DNA of 62,434 bases from Candidatus Pacearchaeota archaeon (GCA_018304025.1 JAGVXA010000012.1:1-62434), one strand, 5' to 3'; positions 48,497-58,302 are shown, counted from the stretch's first letter. Notes: generated by a model from the sequence alone, not told the origin. Made by a program: numbers and translations.

Positions 48497-49411
48497 TCAT
48501 TTTACCAGCAGACTAGCTCCGATTGTGCCGGGATGCCTTAGGCGCGAGAATTCTATAGGGGTTGCGTGCGGGAGAATAGAGTATTTTTTCGCTGATTGTT
48601 TTATTTTATTCAGGAGAGGAGCGCCTGCTTCTGTAAATCCGCCGTTTATCACAATTACTTCTGGGTCGAATACATTTATCAGAGAGCCGAGCCCTTGTCC
48701 GATGTAATCATACGTTTCTTCCAAAATTTCTTTTGCTTTTTTATCATCCATTTTTATCAGTTCGGAAATTAACAGGTCTTTTTTGAATGTTTCTTTTATT
48801 TTCTTTTTTGTGTCCTGCCAGAGCGTTTCGAAGAATTTCCCGTCTTGAAGTATTATGTGTCCGAGTTCGCCTGCGAATTTTCTTCCCGTGTAAATATTTT
48901 TTTCGATTACAATTCCTCCGCCAATTCCTGTGCCGAATGCAATTACAATGAAATTTTTTTTCTTTACTCCGAGTGTTTTTTCTGCGAGAGTTATGCAGTG
49001 CACGTCGTTTTCAATTGCTACTTTTCTCTTGAATTTGGTTTCTAAATGTTTTTTTAGATTGAAATTTTTCAGCGGGATGTTTGGGGGGTTTTTTATTATG
49101 CCGTTTTCCAACGGTCCGGGGGAACCCATTCCAATTGCTTTCACGTCTTTGTCAATTAAGGAATCTATTGTATTGTCTAATAGTGCTAGGAGTTCTTCTT
49201 TTGTTTTCGGAGTAATGTTTTTTATGTATTTTATTATTTTATTTCCTTCTACTAAAGCGACTCTTAGGTTGGTTCCGCCGAGATCTACTGCAATGACTTT
49301 TGGTATGTTAACTCTGCTTTTTTTCGGCGCGAATTGTCGTGACAATTCGTTATCTTTATGAAAATTCGCGGAGCGAATTTTCTGCGCGCCGAAATTAATT
49401 TGATTATTCAT
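48497..49411 (-). CDS. ROK-family sugar kinase with an in-frame repeat insertion after codon 4
   Basis: VDLGGT, GSPGP, IENDV, GTGIGGG, GELGH. Confidence 0.9.
   Translation of the reverse strand: MNNQINFGAQKIRSANFHKDNELSRQFAPKKSRVNIPKVIAVDLGGTNLRVALVEGNKIIKYIKNITPKTKEELLALLDNTIDSLIDKDVKAIGMGSPGPLENGIIKNPPNIPLKNFNLKKHLETKFKRKVAIENDVHCITLAEKTLGVKKKNFIVIAFGTGIGGGIVIEKNIYTGRKFAGELGHIILQDGKFFETLWQDTKKKIKETFKKDLLISELIKMDDKKAKEILEETYDYIGQGLGSLINVFDPEVIVINGGFTEAGAPLLNKIKQSAKKYSILPHATPIEFSRLRHPGTIGASLLVK
49298..49399 (+). repeat. In-frame 102-bp stem-loop element inside the ROK gene
   Basis: TTTTGGTATG...TTTCGGCGCGAATTGTCGT...CGCGCCGAAATTAA; related to the MITE core at 4487-4561. Confidence 0.88.
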
Positions 49412-49655
49412 TTTTCCTCTTTTCTTATTATTGAGAGGCAGAGGAGTATAAAAATTTTGGGATGTTCGGATATTGCAAGAATATTAGAATATGCATAAAT
49501 TATTTATCGTATTAAACTTTTGAAGTTATATGTTTAGAAGGAAAATACCGATGAGAAATACGAATTTAAGATAATTATTTGTGAGATAAAAAGTTACGCT
49601 TCTTATTAACTATGGCGGCAGTAAAATATAATAACTGTGCAAGACAATTCTATTT

Positions 49656-51683
49656 ATGAAAAAAGAGGGGGCTTTACTTATTGGAGCATTTATTTTAATA
49701 TTTTTGAGCTTTGCTTTTTTCTCTGAGAGGTTTGTTCTTATGGGGCCTGATGATGGGGACTGTGTCATAACTAAAGCGAGGTGGAAAGTTTCTGAGAATA
49801 TTTCTGTTGAAAATATCAGTCAATCAGATACAGACGGAGATGGAATTGGAGATGAATATGATAATTGTCCGAACCATAGCAATGCAAATCAGGCAGATAC
49901 AGACGGAGATGGAATTGGAAATGCTTGCGCTTATATTTGTTTTCATGACGTAACAGGAAATCTTGCTGTTGATACAACCGACCTTGCTAAGGTAAAAGCC
50001 TATAACAGCACGACGAACTGCAGTTTAATAACTAATGCTTCTGATTCAAAACATTCTTTGCCTTGGTGCAATTTTGTTGATGTTAACAGAGACACTGTTG
50101 TTGATTTTATAGATCTTGATATTGTAAGAACTTACATTGGAGGATTATGCTATTGCAGCAGCACAAGGGAAATTTGCGACGGGATTGACAATAATTGCGA
50201 CGGGATTATTCCCGATAACGAGATAGATTCAGATAACGATGGTTTACCTGACTGTTATGGGCAGTGTTACAGCTCTCAGGATACAGATGGCGACGGAGCC
50301 AGAGATTCGTGCGATAATTGTGTGCTTGTCGAAAATTCTGGGCAGGAAGATTCAGATGGCGACGGAGCCGGAGACGCCTGCGACAATTGCGTATTTTATT
50401 CAAACTACAGACAGCCAGATTTAGATTTGGATGGGCTTGGAGATGAATGCGACAATTGTCCTCTTGTCAAAAATCCCCTGCAGGAAAATTCTGACAGTGA
50501 CATGCACGGAGACGCCTGCGACCTATGCCCTGGATTTGAAAATGAAGGAAATTATGATATGGATAAAGATGGGCTTGGAGATGAATGCGATAATTGCCCT
50601 GCAAAGTATAATCCGAACCAAGAAGATGTTGATGGCGACGGAGTCGGAGACGGATGTGATAACTGCTTAGATATACCAAATAACGACCAATTGAATGAAG
50701 ACCGTGACGATTTAGGGGATGCCTGCGATAATTGCCCGGCAGTCTATAATCCTACTCAAAGAGATATTAATGGCAACGGCGTGGGAGATGTTTGCGATTA
50801 CTGTGAACAAAACAGCGATTGTCCGAGCAATTCCTGCTATACTCCCTCCTGCAATGTTTTACTGCATAGATGCGAATATGTCCACAACTGGCAAGTTCCC
50901 GGGTGCTTAGCATGCGGGACAATCATATCAACGAGCAACGTCGTAGTAACTCTGGACAGGAATCTTGATAACTGCAAGGATTTTGGAATTATGATTGACG
51001 CAAATAATGTGACTGTTGACTGCAGCGGATATGAGATAACAGGGACAGAATATATTTCTGCTGCTTATTATCCTTCTTTAAACAAAGAAAGCTGCAGCAT
51101 TCCTGAATTTAATCAATATGTTTATCCGAGCGGAGTTGTAGTGTGCAGAGGCAACCAGAAATACACTGTAAAGAATTGCATGATTCATGATGGCTTTAAG
51201 ACAGGATGGTATGGCGGAGGAATAACTGTTTATGCCGATAGTTCGAGCTATTCGACAGCAGGATTAATAGAAAATAATACTCTCTATAATGTGGCAAATG
51301 GTCTGATGCACTGGGGAGACTTTGATATTGTAAGAAACAACATTTTTGAGAATAATGCTTTGGGTATCTTTGCCGATGAGGTTATGGGGGCAAGCTATGT
51401 GAACAACACATTCAGAAATTCTTCAAAAGCAATAAGCAGGTATTGCGGCGTGTACTGCAATCACCGAGAGTATCCATTGAATATAGCGGACAATCTATTT
51501 GACAAAAATAAAGTAGGAATTGACTTCTGGACAGCAGGTGATGGGGATATAAGAGACAATATATTGAGGAATATCTTCATAACTCTGCCTGGTCAATCTG
51601 CGATAATAAATACATCTTCAATGAAAAACATAACAAACTATTATGAAGGGAATATATTAAACGGAGAGCCTTATTCGCCGTGA
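49656..51683 (+). CDS. Secreted protein: CVITKARW leader, thrombospondin type 3 repeats, dockerin-like segment, NosD-like beta-helix
   Basis: Many D.DGDG.GD.CDNC repeats; [27 protein letters not shown] repeats. Confidence 0.85.
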   Translation: MKKEGALLIGAFILIFLSFAFFSERFVLMGPDDGDCVITKARWKVSENISVENISQSDTDGDGIGDEYDNCPNHSNANQADTDGDGIGNACAYICFHDVTGNLAVDTTDLAKVKAYNSTTNCSLITNASDSKHSLPWCNFVDVNRDTVVDFIDLDIVRTYIGGLCYCSSTREICDGIDNNCDGIIPDNEIDSDNDGLPDCYGQCYSSQDTDGDGARDSCDNCVLVENSGQEDSDGDGAGDACDNCVFYSNYRQPDLDLDGLGDECDNCPLVKNPLQENSDSDMHGDACDLCPGFENEGNYDMDKDGLGDECDNCPAKYNPNQEDVDGDGVGDGCDNCLDIPNNDQLNEDRDDLGDACDNCPAVYNPTQRDINGNGVGDVCDYCEQNSDCPSNSCYTPSCNVLLHRCEYVHNWQVPGCLACGTIISTSNVVVTLDRNLDNCKDFGIMIDANNVTVDCSGYEITGTEYISAAYYPSLNKESCSIPEFNQYVYPSGVVVCRGNQKYTVKNCMIHDGFKTGWYGGGITVYADSSSYSTAGLIENNTLYNVANGLMHWGDFDIVRNNIFENNALGIFADEVMGASYVNNTFRNSSKAISRYCGVYCNHREYPLNIADNLFDKNKVGIDFWTAGDGDIRDNILRNIFITLPGQSAIINTSSMKNITNYYEGNILNGEPYSP

Positions 51684-51757
51684 TAAATCTTAATTTGATA
51701 GAGTTTAGATAGGAAAGGTTTTTAATAACTGGATATTAGATTATTTAGAAAAAGAAG

Positions 51758-52738
51758 ATGAATATAGCAATAAACGGATTCGGGAGAATTGGAAGAGCTG
51801 TGTTTAAAATAGCGCTGGAAAAGGGGATGCATATTGTCGCGATTAATGATTTGTCCGACGTGAAAGATTTGGCTTATTTGTTAAAATATGATTCTGTTTA
51901 CGGACGTTATGACAAGAAAGTCGGAATTAAAGGAGGAGATTTGGAAATTAATGGGAAGGTTGTTAAAGTTCTTGCTGAAAAAGACCCTTTGAATTTGCCG
52001 TGGAAAAAACTCGGAGTTGATGTTGTTATTGAATCAACTGGTTTTTTTACAGATAGGATAGGGGCTGAGAAACATTTGAAAGCTGGCGCGAAATTTGTTT
52101 TGATAACTGCTCCTGCCAAGAATCCTGATGCGACGATTGTTTTGGGAGTTAACGACGGAGATTTAAAAAAAGAACATAAGATTATTTCTGCTGCTTCCTG
52201 CACGACGAATTGCCTTGCGCCGATTGTGAAAGTTCTTGATGATAATTTTGGAATAGAACAGGGGATTATGACGACGGTTCACGCTTACACGAATGATCAG
52301 GTTGTGCATGACCAAGTTCACAGAAAAATGCGCCGGGGGCGGGCAGCAGGATTGAATATTATTCCTACTACGAGTGGGGCGAGCGAGGCGATTAACGCTG
52401 TTATTCCGAGATTAAAGGGGAGGATTGACGGCTTGGCTTTGCGAGTTCCTGTTTCTGTGGGTTCTATTGTTGATTTTTCTGCGAGGTTGAAAAGACCTGC
52501 GGATGCTGCGAAAATAAATGAGGCGATGAAGAAAGCAGCGCAAGGGACGATGAAAGGAATTTTGGATTATACTGAAGATGAAATTGTTTCTTCTGACGTG
52601 ATTGGTACGACTTGCTCGTCGTTGTTTGATGCTACTGGGACGATAGTTCTGGGTGATTTAGTAAAGGTATTTTCCTGGTATGATAATGAGTATGGGTATT
52701 CGTGCAGAGTTGTGGATGTTGTTAGGATGCTGAGGTAA
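51758..52738 (+). CDS. gap: Bacterial-type (class I) glyceraldehyde-3-phosphate dehydrogenase, copy 1
   Basis: INGFGRIGR, ASCTTNCL, WYDNEYGYS. Confidence 0.97.
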   Translation: MNIAINGFGRIGRAVFKIALEKGMHIVAINDLSDVKDLAYLLKYDSVYGRYDKKVGIKGGDLEINGKVVKVLAEKDPLNLPWKKLGVDVVIESTGFFTDRIGAEKHLKAGAKFVLITAPAKNPDATIVLGVNDGDLKKEHKIISAASCTTNCLAPIVKVLDDNFGIEQGIMTTVHAYTNDQVVHDQVHRKMRRGRAAGLNIIPTTSGASEAINAVIPRLKGRIDGLALRVPVSVGSIVDFSARLKRPADAAKINEAMKKAAQGTMKGILDYTEDEIVSSDVIGTTCSSLFDATGTIVLGDLVKVFSWYDNEYGYSCRVVDVVRMLR

Positions 52739-52746
52739 GAATTTAA

Positions 52747-53035
52747 TTTTTAGTATATAAATTATATCGCTGCGTGACGCATTTGGACTTTTGTAAGAAC
52801 CCTTCTCGGTTTCTTACCAACTTCCCCTTGCAATACGTTCAAGGCTGATTTTTTGCTGCTGGCAAGTCTTATCAGTAAAATTCGCTCTTGATGCGTCGCA
52901 ATTGGACTTGCCAATTCTTGTCGCTGGCAAGTCTTATCGGTAAAATTCGCTCTTGATGCGTCGCAATTGGACTGTAAAATTCGCTCCGCGAATTTAGCGA
53001 CGCATCAACTCCGCGAATTTAGCGCGCCGAACTAA
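52747..53035 (+). repeat. Multiply nested stem-loop element
   Basis: TTTTTAGTATAT start, CGCCGAACTAA end; inner TTGATGCGTCGC/GCGACGCATCAA copy (52953-53008) flanked by CTC; 65-bp tandem unit. Confidence 0.8.
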
Positions 53036-53114
53036 CTTGTTACGAGACAAAAAGCATAGATTCTTATTGAAATGTGATAGTAAAATATAATAACCTTGCA
53101 GGACAGTTTTATTC

Positions 53115-55820
53115 ATGAAAAAAGAGAGGGCTTTATTTATTGGAGTATTTATTTTAATAATTTTAATTTTTTCATTTAACTCTTTTGATAAATTCCTTCT
53201 TATGGATCCGGGTGATGGAAACTGTGTCATAACTAAGGCGCGGTGGGAAGTTGCCGAGGATATTTTTGTTGAAGAAAAGGAACCGCTCTTGCTAAATATA
53301 ACTTCATCAAGCTGCAGGAAGTATGGTAATTCTATCGGCGAATTTATGGGTTTGCTCGCTGAAACCGGCAAGACAGCTTTTCCTGTCGGGAGAGGTGTTT
53401 TGGACAATCCAAATGTTAACGGCGCAGATAATCCGAGCGTGTTTTACGACGACAACGGAACACTTTTTCTTATTTTTGGGGACCCTAATGGCGACGGCGG
53501 CGTGTTTAGAGACGGGGCGATGGCATTTACTTCTGAAATTGTTCCGGAGAAAAATCTGGACTTAAAGCATAATCGCAACTGGGCTGTTAGAAGCGACGAT
53601 TACAACAACGACGGATATTATGATGCGGCTTCGTTAGCGGGCAAGGCAGGATACACCCGTGTGAATAATATTGGCGGAGCTGTTTTGGATTTGCCTGACG
53701 GGCGGAAGAGAATTTTATTCATGGCTTATTTTTATATATCGCAGCCTACTAACCCTCAGAGAGTGCAGCTGCTTTATTCAGATGATAATTTTGAGACAAT
53801 GGCTGTTAATAATCCAGAGCTTATATTTTGGGATTATTCTGACGGGGGCTATGGAGCCTATGCGCCGCATGTTTTTCTTGGGTATAGCATGAGAAGGCTT
53901 GGAGATTATATTTATATTGCAATGCCAAGGTCAGGCAGCGGGAATTTAGTAATGTTCAGAGCTAATGTTGGTGACTTAATAAAATCAGATTTATCTTTGA
54001 GCGATTGGGAGTATTTGAATTCGACAAACGCAAGTGGATACGCCTCCTGGATTAAAGGAGTTGAAAGAGGGCAGATTTCTTTAGCATGGGACGATGAAAA
54101 ATACATTCCCCCAGTCAATTTTAGCTCTGCGCCCTCTATCTTGAGTTCGATACATTGGAATCCTTACTTAAACAAATGGATTGCGATGGACACGATTTAT
54201 GTTAATACTTGGGAATCTGATTATTACTGGGGGCCTTATACAAATATTACTTTTATAAATCATTACCCTTATTTCAACGGATATAACGCATTTACTCACG
54301 AAACTTTGCTTGGAGAGAATGGAAGAGATATTTATTACGCGAGGTCAAGATGGCCATCGTCTGGATATTACGGAACATATTGGTTCAAGGCAAGAATGAC
54401 TCCGCTGATGGAAATTGAACTTTCCCAAAAATCTGCTGTGAGAGGAAACAACATTTCTATTACTGTTACTGATAATTCTGGAGATGTCCGCGAGGCAGAC
54501 TTTTATGTTGGTGTCGACGGATGGAAGGCGGATTATACAAAGAGCGAAGGAAACAAACATTTCTTCAGCTATGTTGTTTCAGGAGAAGAAAATAATGGAG
54601 GAGTTGGAGTTGTTAATGTTGCTGCTTACAAGATTTACAGGAATTCTCCGATAAACGCGTCAAACATGAGAGAGGTTGCTTTGGCTGTCAATCATAGAAA
54701 TGATTTGCATTTAGATATAACGTCTCATGCTGAGAATGAAATTGTTTCTGGGACTGTTATTATTAATGCAAGCGCGTGGTATGATACTGCGGTTGAAGAA
54801 AATTCAGAGGGGAAGCCGGAAGTTTATGTTATAAGAACTGTTTTGGAATCTACTGAAAACGAAATGGTTGAGGACGCTGATGTTCTTGCGCCGTATAGTT
54901 TGAAATTGGACACTTCGAGATATGAAAACGGATTGCATGAATTCAAGATTACTGTTTACGATACAATAGACAGAAAAGCTGAGAAGATAATTAGATTGAA
55001 TATTCAGAATGGCGCGGCGCCTGCTGTGGCCGGAAATTATCTTTCTGACGGGGACATGGAAGCTGACGGAACGAGTTCGTGGATGTCTTATACTTCTGGT
55101 GCTTTGCTAAAAGTTTCCGACGGAAGGCAGAGAAATGGGAAGCAGAGCTTACTAATTATTAATAATGACAGCGCCGGAACTGGCGAGTATAGGGGGATGC
55201 AGCAAATTGTGAGCGGGCTTAGCGGGGGAGAGAGTTTATATTATTCTGTGTGGGCAAAAATGCATCAGAATATAACTTCTAAGACTCCGTCTGACATTTT
55301 TGCAGGGGAATATTTGAATAACTCTTTTTACTGCGGGATTTATGCTCCAGGATATAATTGGCTGGATATTTGCTACAACTACTATTCTCCATTTAGCTAT
55401 TTTATTAAATGCGGGAGGCAAATCACAAATCCTTCCGGAAATACAGATCTCTATTTTATATGCGCGGTCAGGGAAAGAAATGTTGATGCGGGCAGAATAG
55501 AATTAATTATTGACGACGCTGTTTTAAGAGACGCTTCTTATCCTGTTGTTGAAGACGCGACAAATTTGAATTTAGATTTGATTGACGGGAGAGTTGAATT
55601 GAGCTGGGAGTTTGCTAGAGATTTGAATGTAGAGTATTATTATATTTATAGAAAATTAATTGGCGGCACTTATGAAAAAATCGGAGAAGTTAGAGATTAT
55701 ATGCGTTCTTTTTCTGATGATGTTTCTTCACTTGCGAGCGGAGAGTATGTGTATAAAGTTGTTTCTGTCGATGAAATGGCTAAAGAAAGCAATGGCGTAG
55801 AGATTGGATTTGTGAAATAG
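53115..55820 (+). CDS. Secreted multidomain protein: CVITKARW leader, possible DUF4185-like propeller, Ig-like, CBM-like and Fn3-like domains
   Basis: WNPYLNKWI/GPY; PYSL.LDTS...NG.H; NYLSDGDME; VELSW..Y.IYRK..Y.YKV.SVD. Confidence 0.7.
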   Translation: MKKERALFIGVFILIILIFSFNSFDKFLLMDPGDGNCVITKARWEVAEDIFVEEKEPLLLNITSSSCRKYGNSIGEFMGLLAETGKTAFPVGRGVLDNPNVNGADNPSVFYDDNGTLFLIFGDPNGDGGVFRDGAMAFTSEIVPEKNLDLKHNRNWAVRSDDYNNDGYYDAASLAGKAGYTRVNNIGGAVLDLPDGRKRILFMAYFYISQPTNPQRVQLLYSDDNFETMAVNNPELIFWDYSDGGYGAYAPHVFLGYSMRRLGDYIYIAMPRSGSGNLVMFRANVGDLIKSDLSLSDWEYLNSTNASGYASWIKGVERGQISLAWDDEKYIPPVNFSSAPSILSSIHWNPYLNKWIAMDTIYVNTWESDYYWGPYTNITFINHYPYFNGYNAFTHETLLGENGRDIYYARSRWPSSGYYGTYWFKARMTPLMEIELSQKSAVRGNNISITVTDNSGDVREADFYVGVDGWKADYTKSEGNKHFFSYVVSGEENNGGVGVVNVAAYKIYRNSPINASNMREVALAVNHRNDLHLDITSHAENEIVSGTVIINASAWYDTAVEENSEGKPEVYVIRTVLESTENEMVEDADVLAPYSLKLDTSRYENGLHEFKITVYDTIDRKAEKIIRLNIQNGAAPAVAGNYLSDGDMEADGTSSWMSYTSGALLKVSDGRQRNGKQSLLIINNDSAGTGEYRGMQQIVSGLSGGESLYYSVWAKMHQNITSKTPSDIFAGEYLNNSFYCGIYAPGYNWLDICYNYYSPFSYFIKCGRQITNPSGNTDLYFICAVRERNVDAGRIELIIDDAVLRDASYPVVEDATNLNLDLIDGRVELSWEFARDLNVEYYYIYRKLIGGTYEKIGEVRDYMRSFSDDVSSLASGEYVYKVVSVDEMAKESNGVEIGFVK

Positions 55821-56034
55821 ATTTTAGGGTGATTAATATTTTGAGGAGATAGTTAGTGTGATAGAATCGAGATTTTATATGGAGGTAATTGTCGGGATAG
55901 ATTCGAGAAATTTAGGAAGAAGATAATTAATAGTTGTTTTATGAGATAATTAATTTTAGGGAATAATTATCTGGATAGAATCGAGAGTTTTAGGAAGAAG
56001 ATAATTATCTGGATAGAATCGAGAAATTGCTCTT

Positions 56035-56123
56035 CTCGGCGCGCATTTGGACGCACAATTTTATTCGGCTGTGCGTCTTATCATTAACCAAATTCACTTC
56101 GTGAATTTGGAGAGCGCGCCGAG
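56035..56123 (+). repeat. Stem-loop element inside an AT-rich GATAGAATCGAGA / AATTTCCGAG repeat field (about 55855-56190)
   Basis: CTCGGCGCGC.TTTGGAC...AAATTCACTTCGTGAATTT...GCGCGCCGAG. Confidence 0.8.
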
Positions 56124-56229
56124 CAATTTCCGAGAATTTTACGATAACAGAAATTTCCGAGTATTTTATAATAATAGAAATTTCTGGAACGAAAGCGACC
56201 GACAATATGACGCAGGATTCGGTTTGATG

Positions 56230-56574
56230 TCATTTACATTCAGAATAAGCCTGTTCTTCAAATCTATCCCAATAGTTACCTGTGAATTCTTTGTTATCAA
56301 AAGCTTCTCGATATTCATTAGCTTTCTGTTCATCGAAACATTTACAATCATGTAAAGAACCAATACAGTAATATTCGGTGAAAGCATCTGCCCATCCGCT
56401 TGGGTAATAGCTATAGGCGATTCCTGTACATTGACATATTTTATCTTTAGGTAATCCTGCAAAACCACCGCTATGAGCATACGGTTTAAAGATAAAAAAG
56501 CTCGGATAAGCAATAATAAGAATTACTACGAGAATTACAAGGATTGTGGAGATTATCAGACTGTTTCGCTTCAT
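56230..56574 (-). CDS. Small membrane-anchored Cys-containing protein
   Basis: N-terminal TM; C.C.G..., YYC.G. Confidence 0.6.
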   Translation of the reverse strand: MKRNSLIISTILVILVVILIIAYPSFFIFKPYAHSGGFAGLPKDKICQCTGIAYSYYPSGWADAFTEYYCIGSLHDCKCFDEQKANEYREAFDNKEFTGNYWDRFEEQAYSECK

Positions 56575-56754
56575 AAACAAAAATGATTAAAATTCTATAT
56601 AAATATATCGAAAGCTTCAAATTGAGTCCGAGTAATATTGCACATAACTAAAATTTTAGAATTATTCTGATATAGAAATTTCCGAAAGGTTTGGATAAAA
56701 TTTGAAGAGGAAAGGTTTTTAATAACTGGATATTAGATTATTTAGAAAAAGAAG

Positions 56755-57735
56755 ATGAATATAGCAATAAACGGATTCGGGCGAATTGGAAGAGCTGTGT
56801 TTAAGATTGCGCTGGAGAAGGGGATGCACATCGCCGCGATTAATGATTTGTCTGACGTGAAAAATCTTGCTTACTTGCTGAAATATGATTCTGTCTACGG
56901 ACGCTACGACAAGAAAGTCGAAGTCAAGGGAGGAGATTTAGAAATTAACGGCAAGATAATTAAAGTTCTTGCTGAAAAAGATCCTTTGAATTTGCCGTGG
57001 AAAAAACTCGGAGTTGATGTTGTTATTGAATCAACTGGTTTTTTCACGGACAAGACCGGAGCTGAAAAACATTTGAAAGCTGGCGCGAAATTTGTTTTGA
57101 TAACTGCTCCTGCCAAGAATCCTGATGCGACGATTGTCTTGGGAGTTAACGACGGTGATTTGAAAAAAGAGCATAAAATTATTTCTGTTGCTTCCTGCAC
57201 GACGAATTGTCTTGCGCCGATTGTGAAAGTTCTGGATGATAATTTTGGGATAGAGCAGGGGATTATGACGACTGTTCATGCTTACACGAATGACCAAGTT
57301 GTGCACGATCAGGTTCATAAAAAAATGAGGCGCGGGAGGGCTGCGGGCTTGAACATTATTCCTACTACGAGCGGCGCGAGCGAGGCGATTAATGCTGTTA
57401 TTCCGAGATTAAAGGGGCGGATTGATGGGTTGGCTTTGCGAGTTCCTGTTTCAGTTGGTTCTATTGTTGATTTTTCTGCGAGGTTGAAAAGACCTGCGGA
57501 TGCTGAGAGAATAAACGCGGCGATGAAGAAGGCTTCGATGGGCGCGATGAAAGGAATTTTGGATTATACTGAGGATGAGATTGTTTCTACTGATGTGATT
57601 GGGACTTCGTGCTCGTCGCTGTTTGACGCTACCGGGACAATTGTGATAGGGGATTTAGTCAAAGTATTTTCTTGGTATGATAATGAGTATGGGTATTCGT
57701 GCAGAGTTGTGGATGTTGTTAAGATGCTTCGTTAA
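56755..57735 (+). CDS. gap: Bacterial-type GAPDH, copy 2
   Basis: Same motifs; about 20 of 326 aa differ from copy 1 (manual count). Confidence 0.97.
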   Translation: MNIAINGFGRIGRAVFKIALEKGMHIAAINDLSDVKNLAYLLKYDSVYGRYDKKVEVKGGDLEINGKIIKVLAEKDPLNLPWKKLGVDVVIESTGFFTDKTGAEKHLKAGAKFVLITAPAKNPDATIVLGVNDGDLKKEHKIISVASCTTNCLAPIVKVLDDNFGIEQGIMTTVHAYTNDQVVHDQVHKKMRRGRAAGLNIIPTTSGASEAINAVIPRLKGRIDGLALRVPVSVGSIVDFSARLKRPADAERINAAMKKASMGAMKGILDYTEDEIVSTDVIGTSCSSLFDATGTIVIGDLVKVFSWYDNEYGYSCRVVDVVKMLR

Positions 57736-57765
57736 GTTTATATAGACGACTTCTAAAAATAATTT

Positions 57766-58302
57766 ATGACAATTGAAGAAGAAATTGTGGCTTTTGACGA
57801 CTTGACAAGAACAGTTGCTGAAATAGCTAAAGAACTCGTGGAAAAAGGATATTCTTTAGATACTGTTCGGTGTGCTCTTTATGCGAGCAGAAATGGAATG
57901 AATTTAAAGCAATCTCGGAATATTTATGCTATCAAGAGGGGATTTAATAGCTATAATGATTATACGTATTGCATGCGATTAGTAAATTCGGGAATAATAA
58001 AAAACAAAAAGGGTTATCTTAGAAGAAGAAAAACTAGGTAGCTTGGCGGGGCGAGACTTGCTGCTCCAGAAGTTTTAGACAGAATTCCATCTGAAGAAAG
58101 ATGTGAGGAGCAAAAATTCAAAGATTTGATTTCTGTTCTTGAGGAAGATGAAAAAGATTTGATGATGAAAAGATATTTTGAAGGCAAAACGTTAGATGAA
58201 GTTGCACAAGAAAAAGGCATGACGCATCAAGCAGTCTTTTCCAGAGAACAAAAAGTTTTACAAAAATTTGTAAGGTATTTTAGAAGAGCGAGATTAAATT
58301 AA
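57766..58302 (+). pseudogene. Sigma70 region 4-like HTH protein interrupted by in-frame TAG (58039-58041)
   Basis: Frame stays open past the TAG into LEEDEKDLMMKRYFEGKTLDEVAQEKGMTHQAVFSREQKVLQK. Confidence 0.65.

Noticed and set aside
55855..56190. Possible CRISPR array
   Set aside because: Repeats are short, degenerate and irregularly spaced, the spacers are themselves repetitive, and no cas genes are present.
51758..57735. gap duplication as a simple collapsed or duplicated assembly repeat
   Set aside because: The copies differ at about 20 aa and many synonymous sites, so they are distinct sequences. Strain chimerism remains possible.
47970..58302. Genome-wide TAG recoding
   Set aside because: TAG ends several apparently complete genes (e.g. 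4464, 18956, 21603, 30141, 55820) and no conserved core gene here contains an internal TAG.
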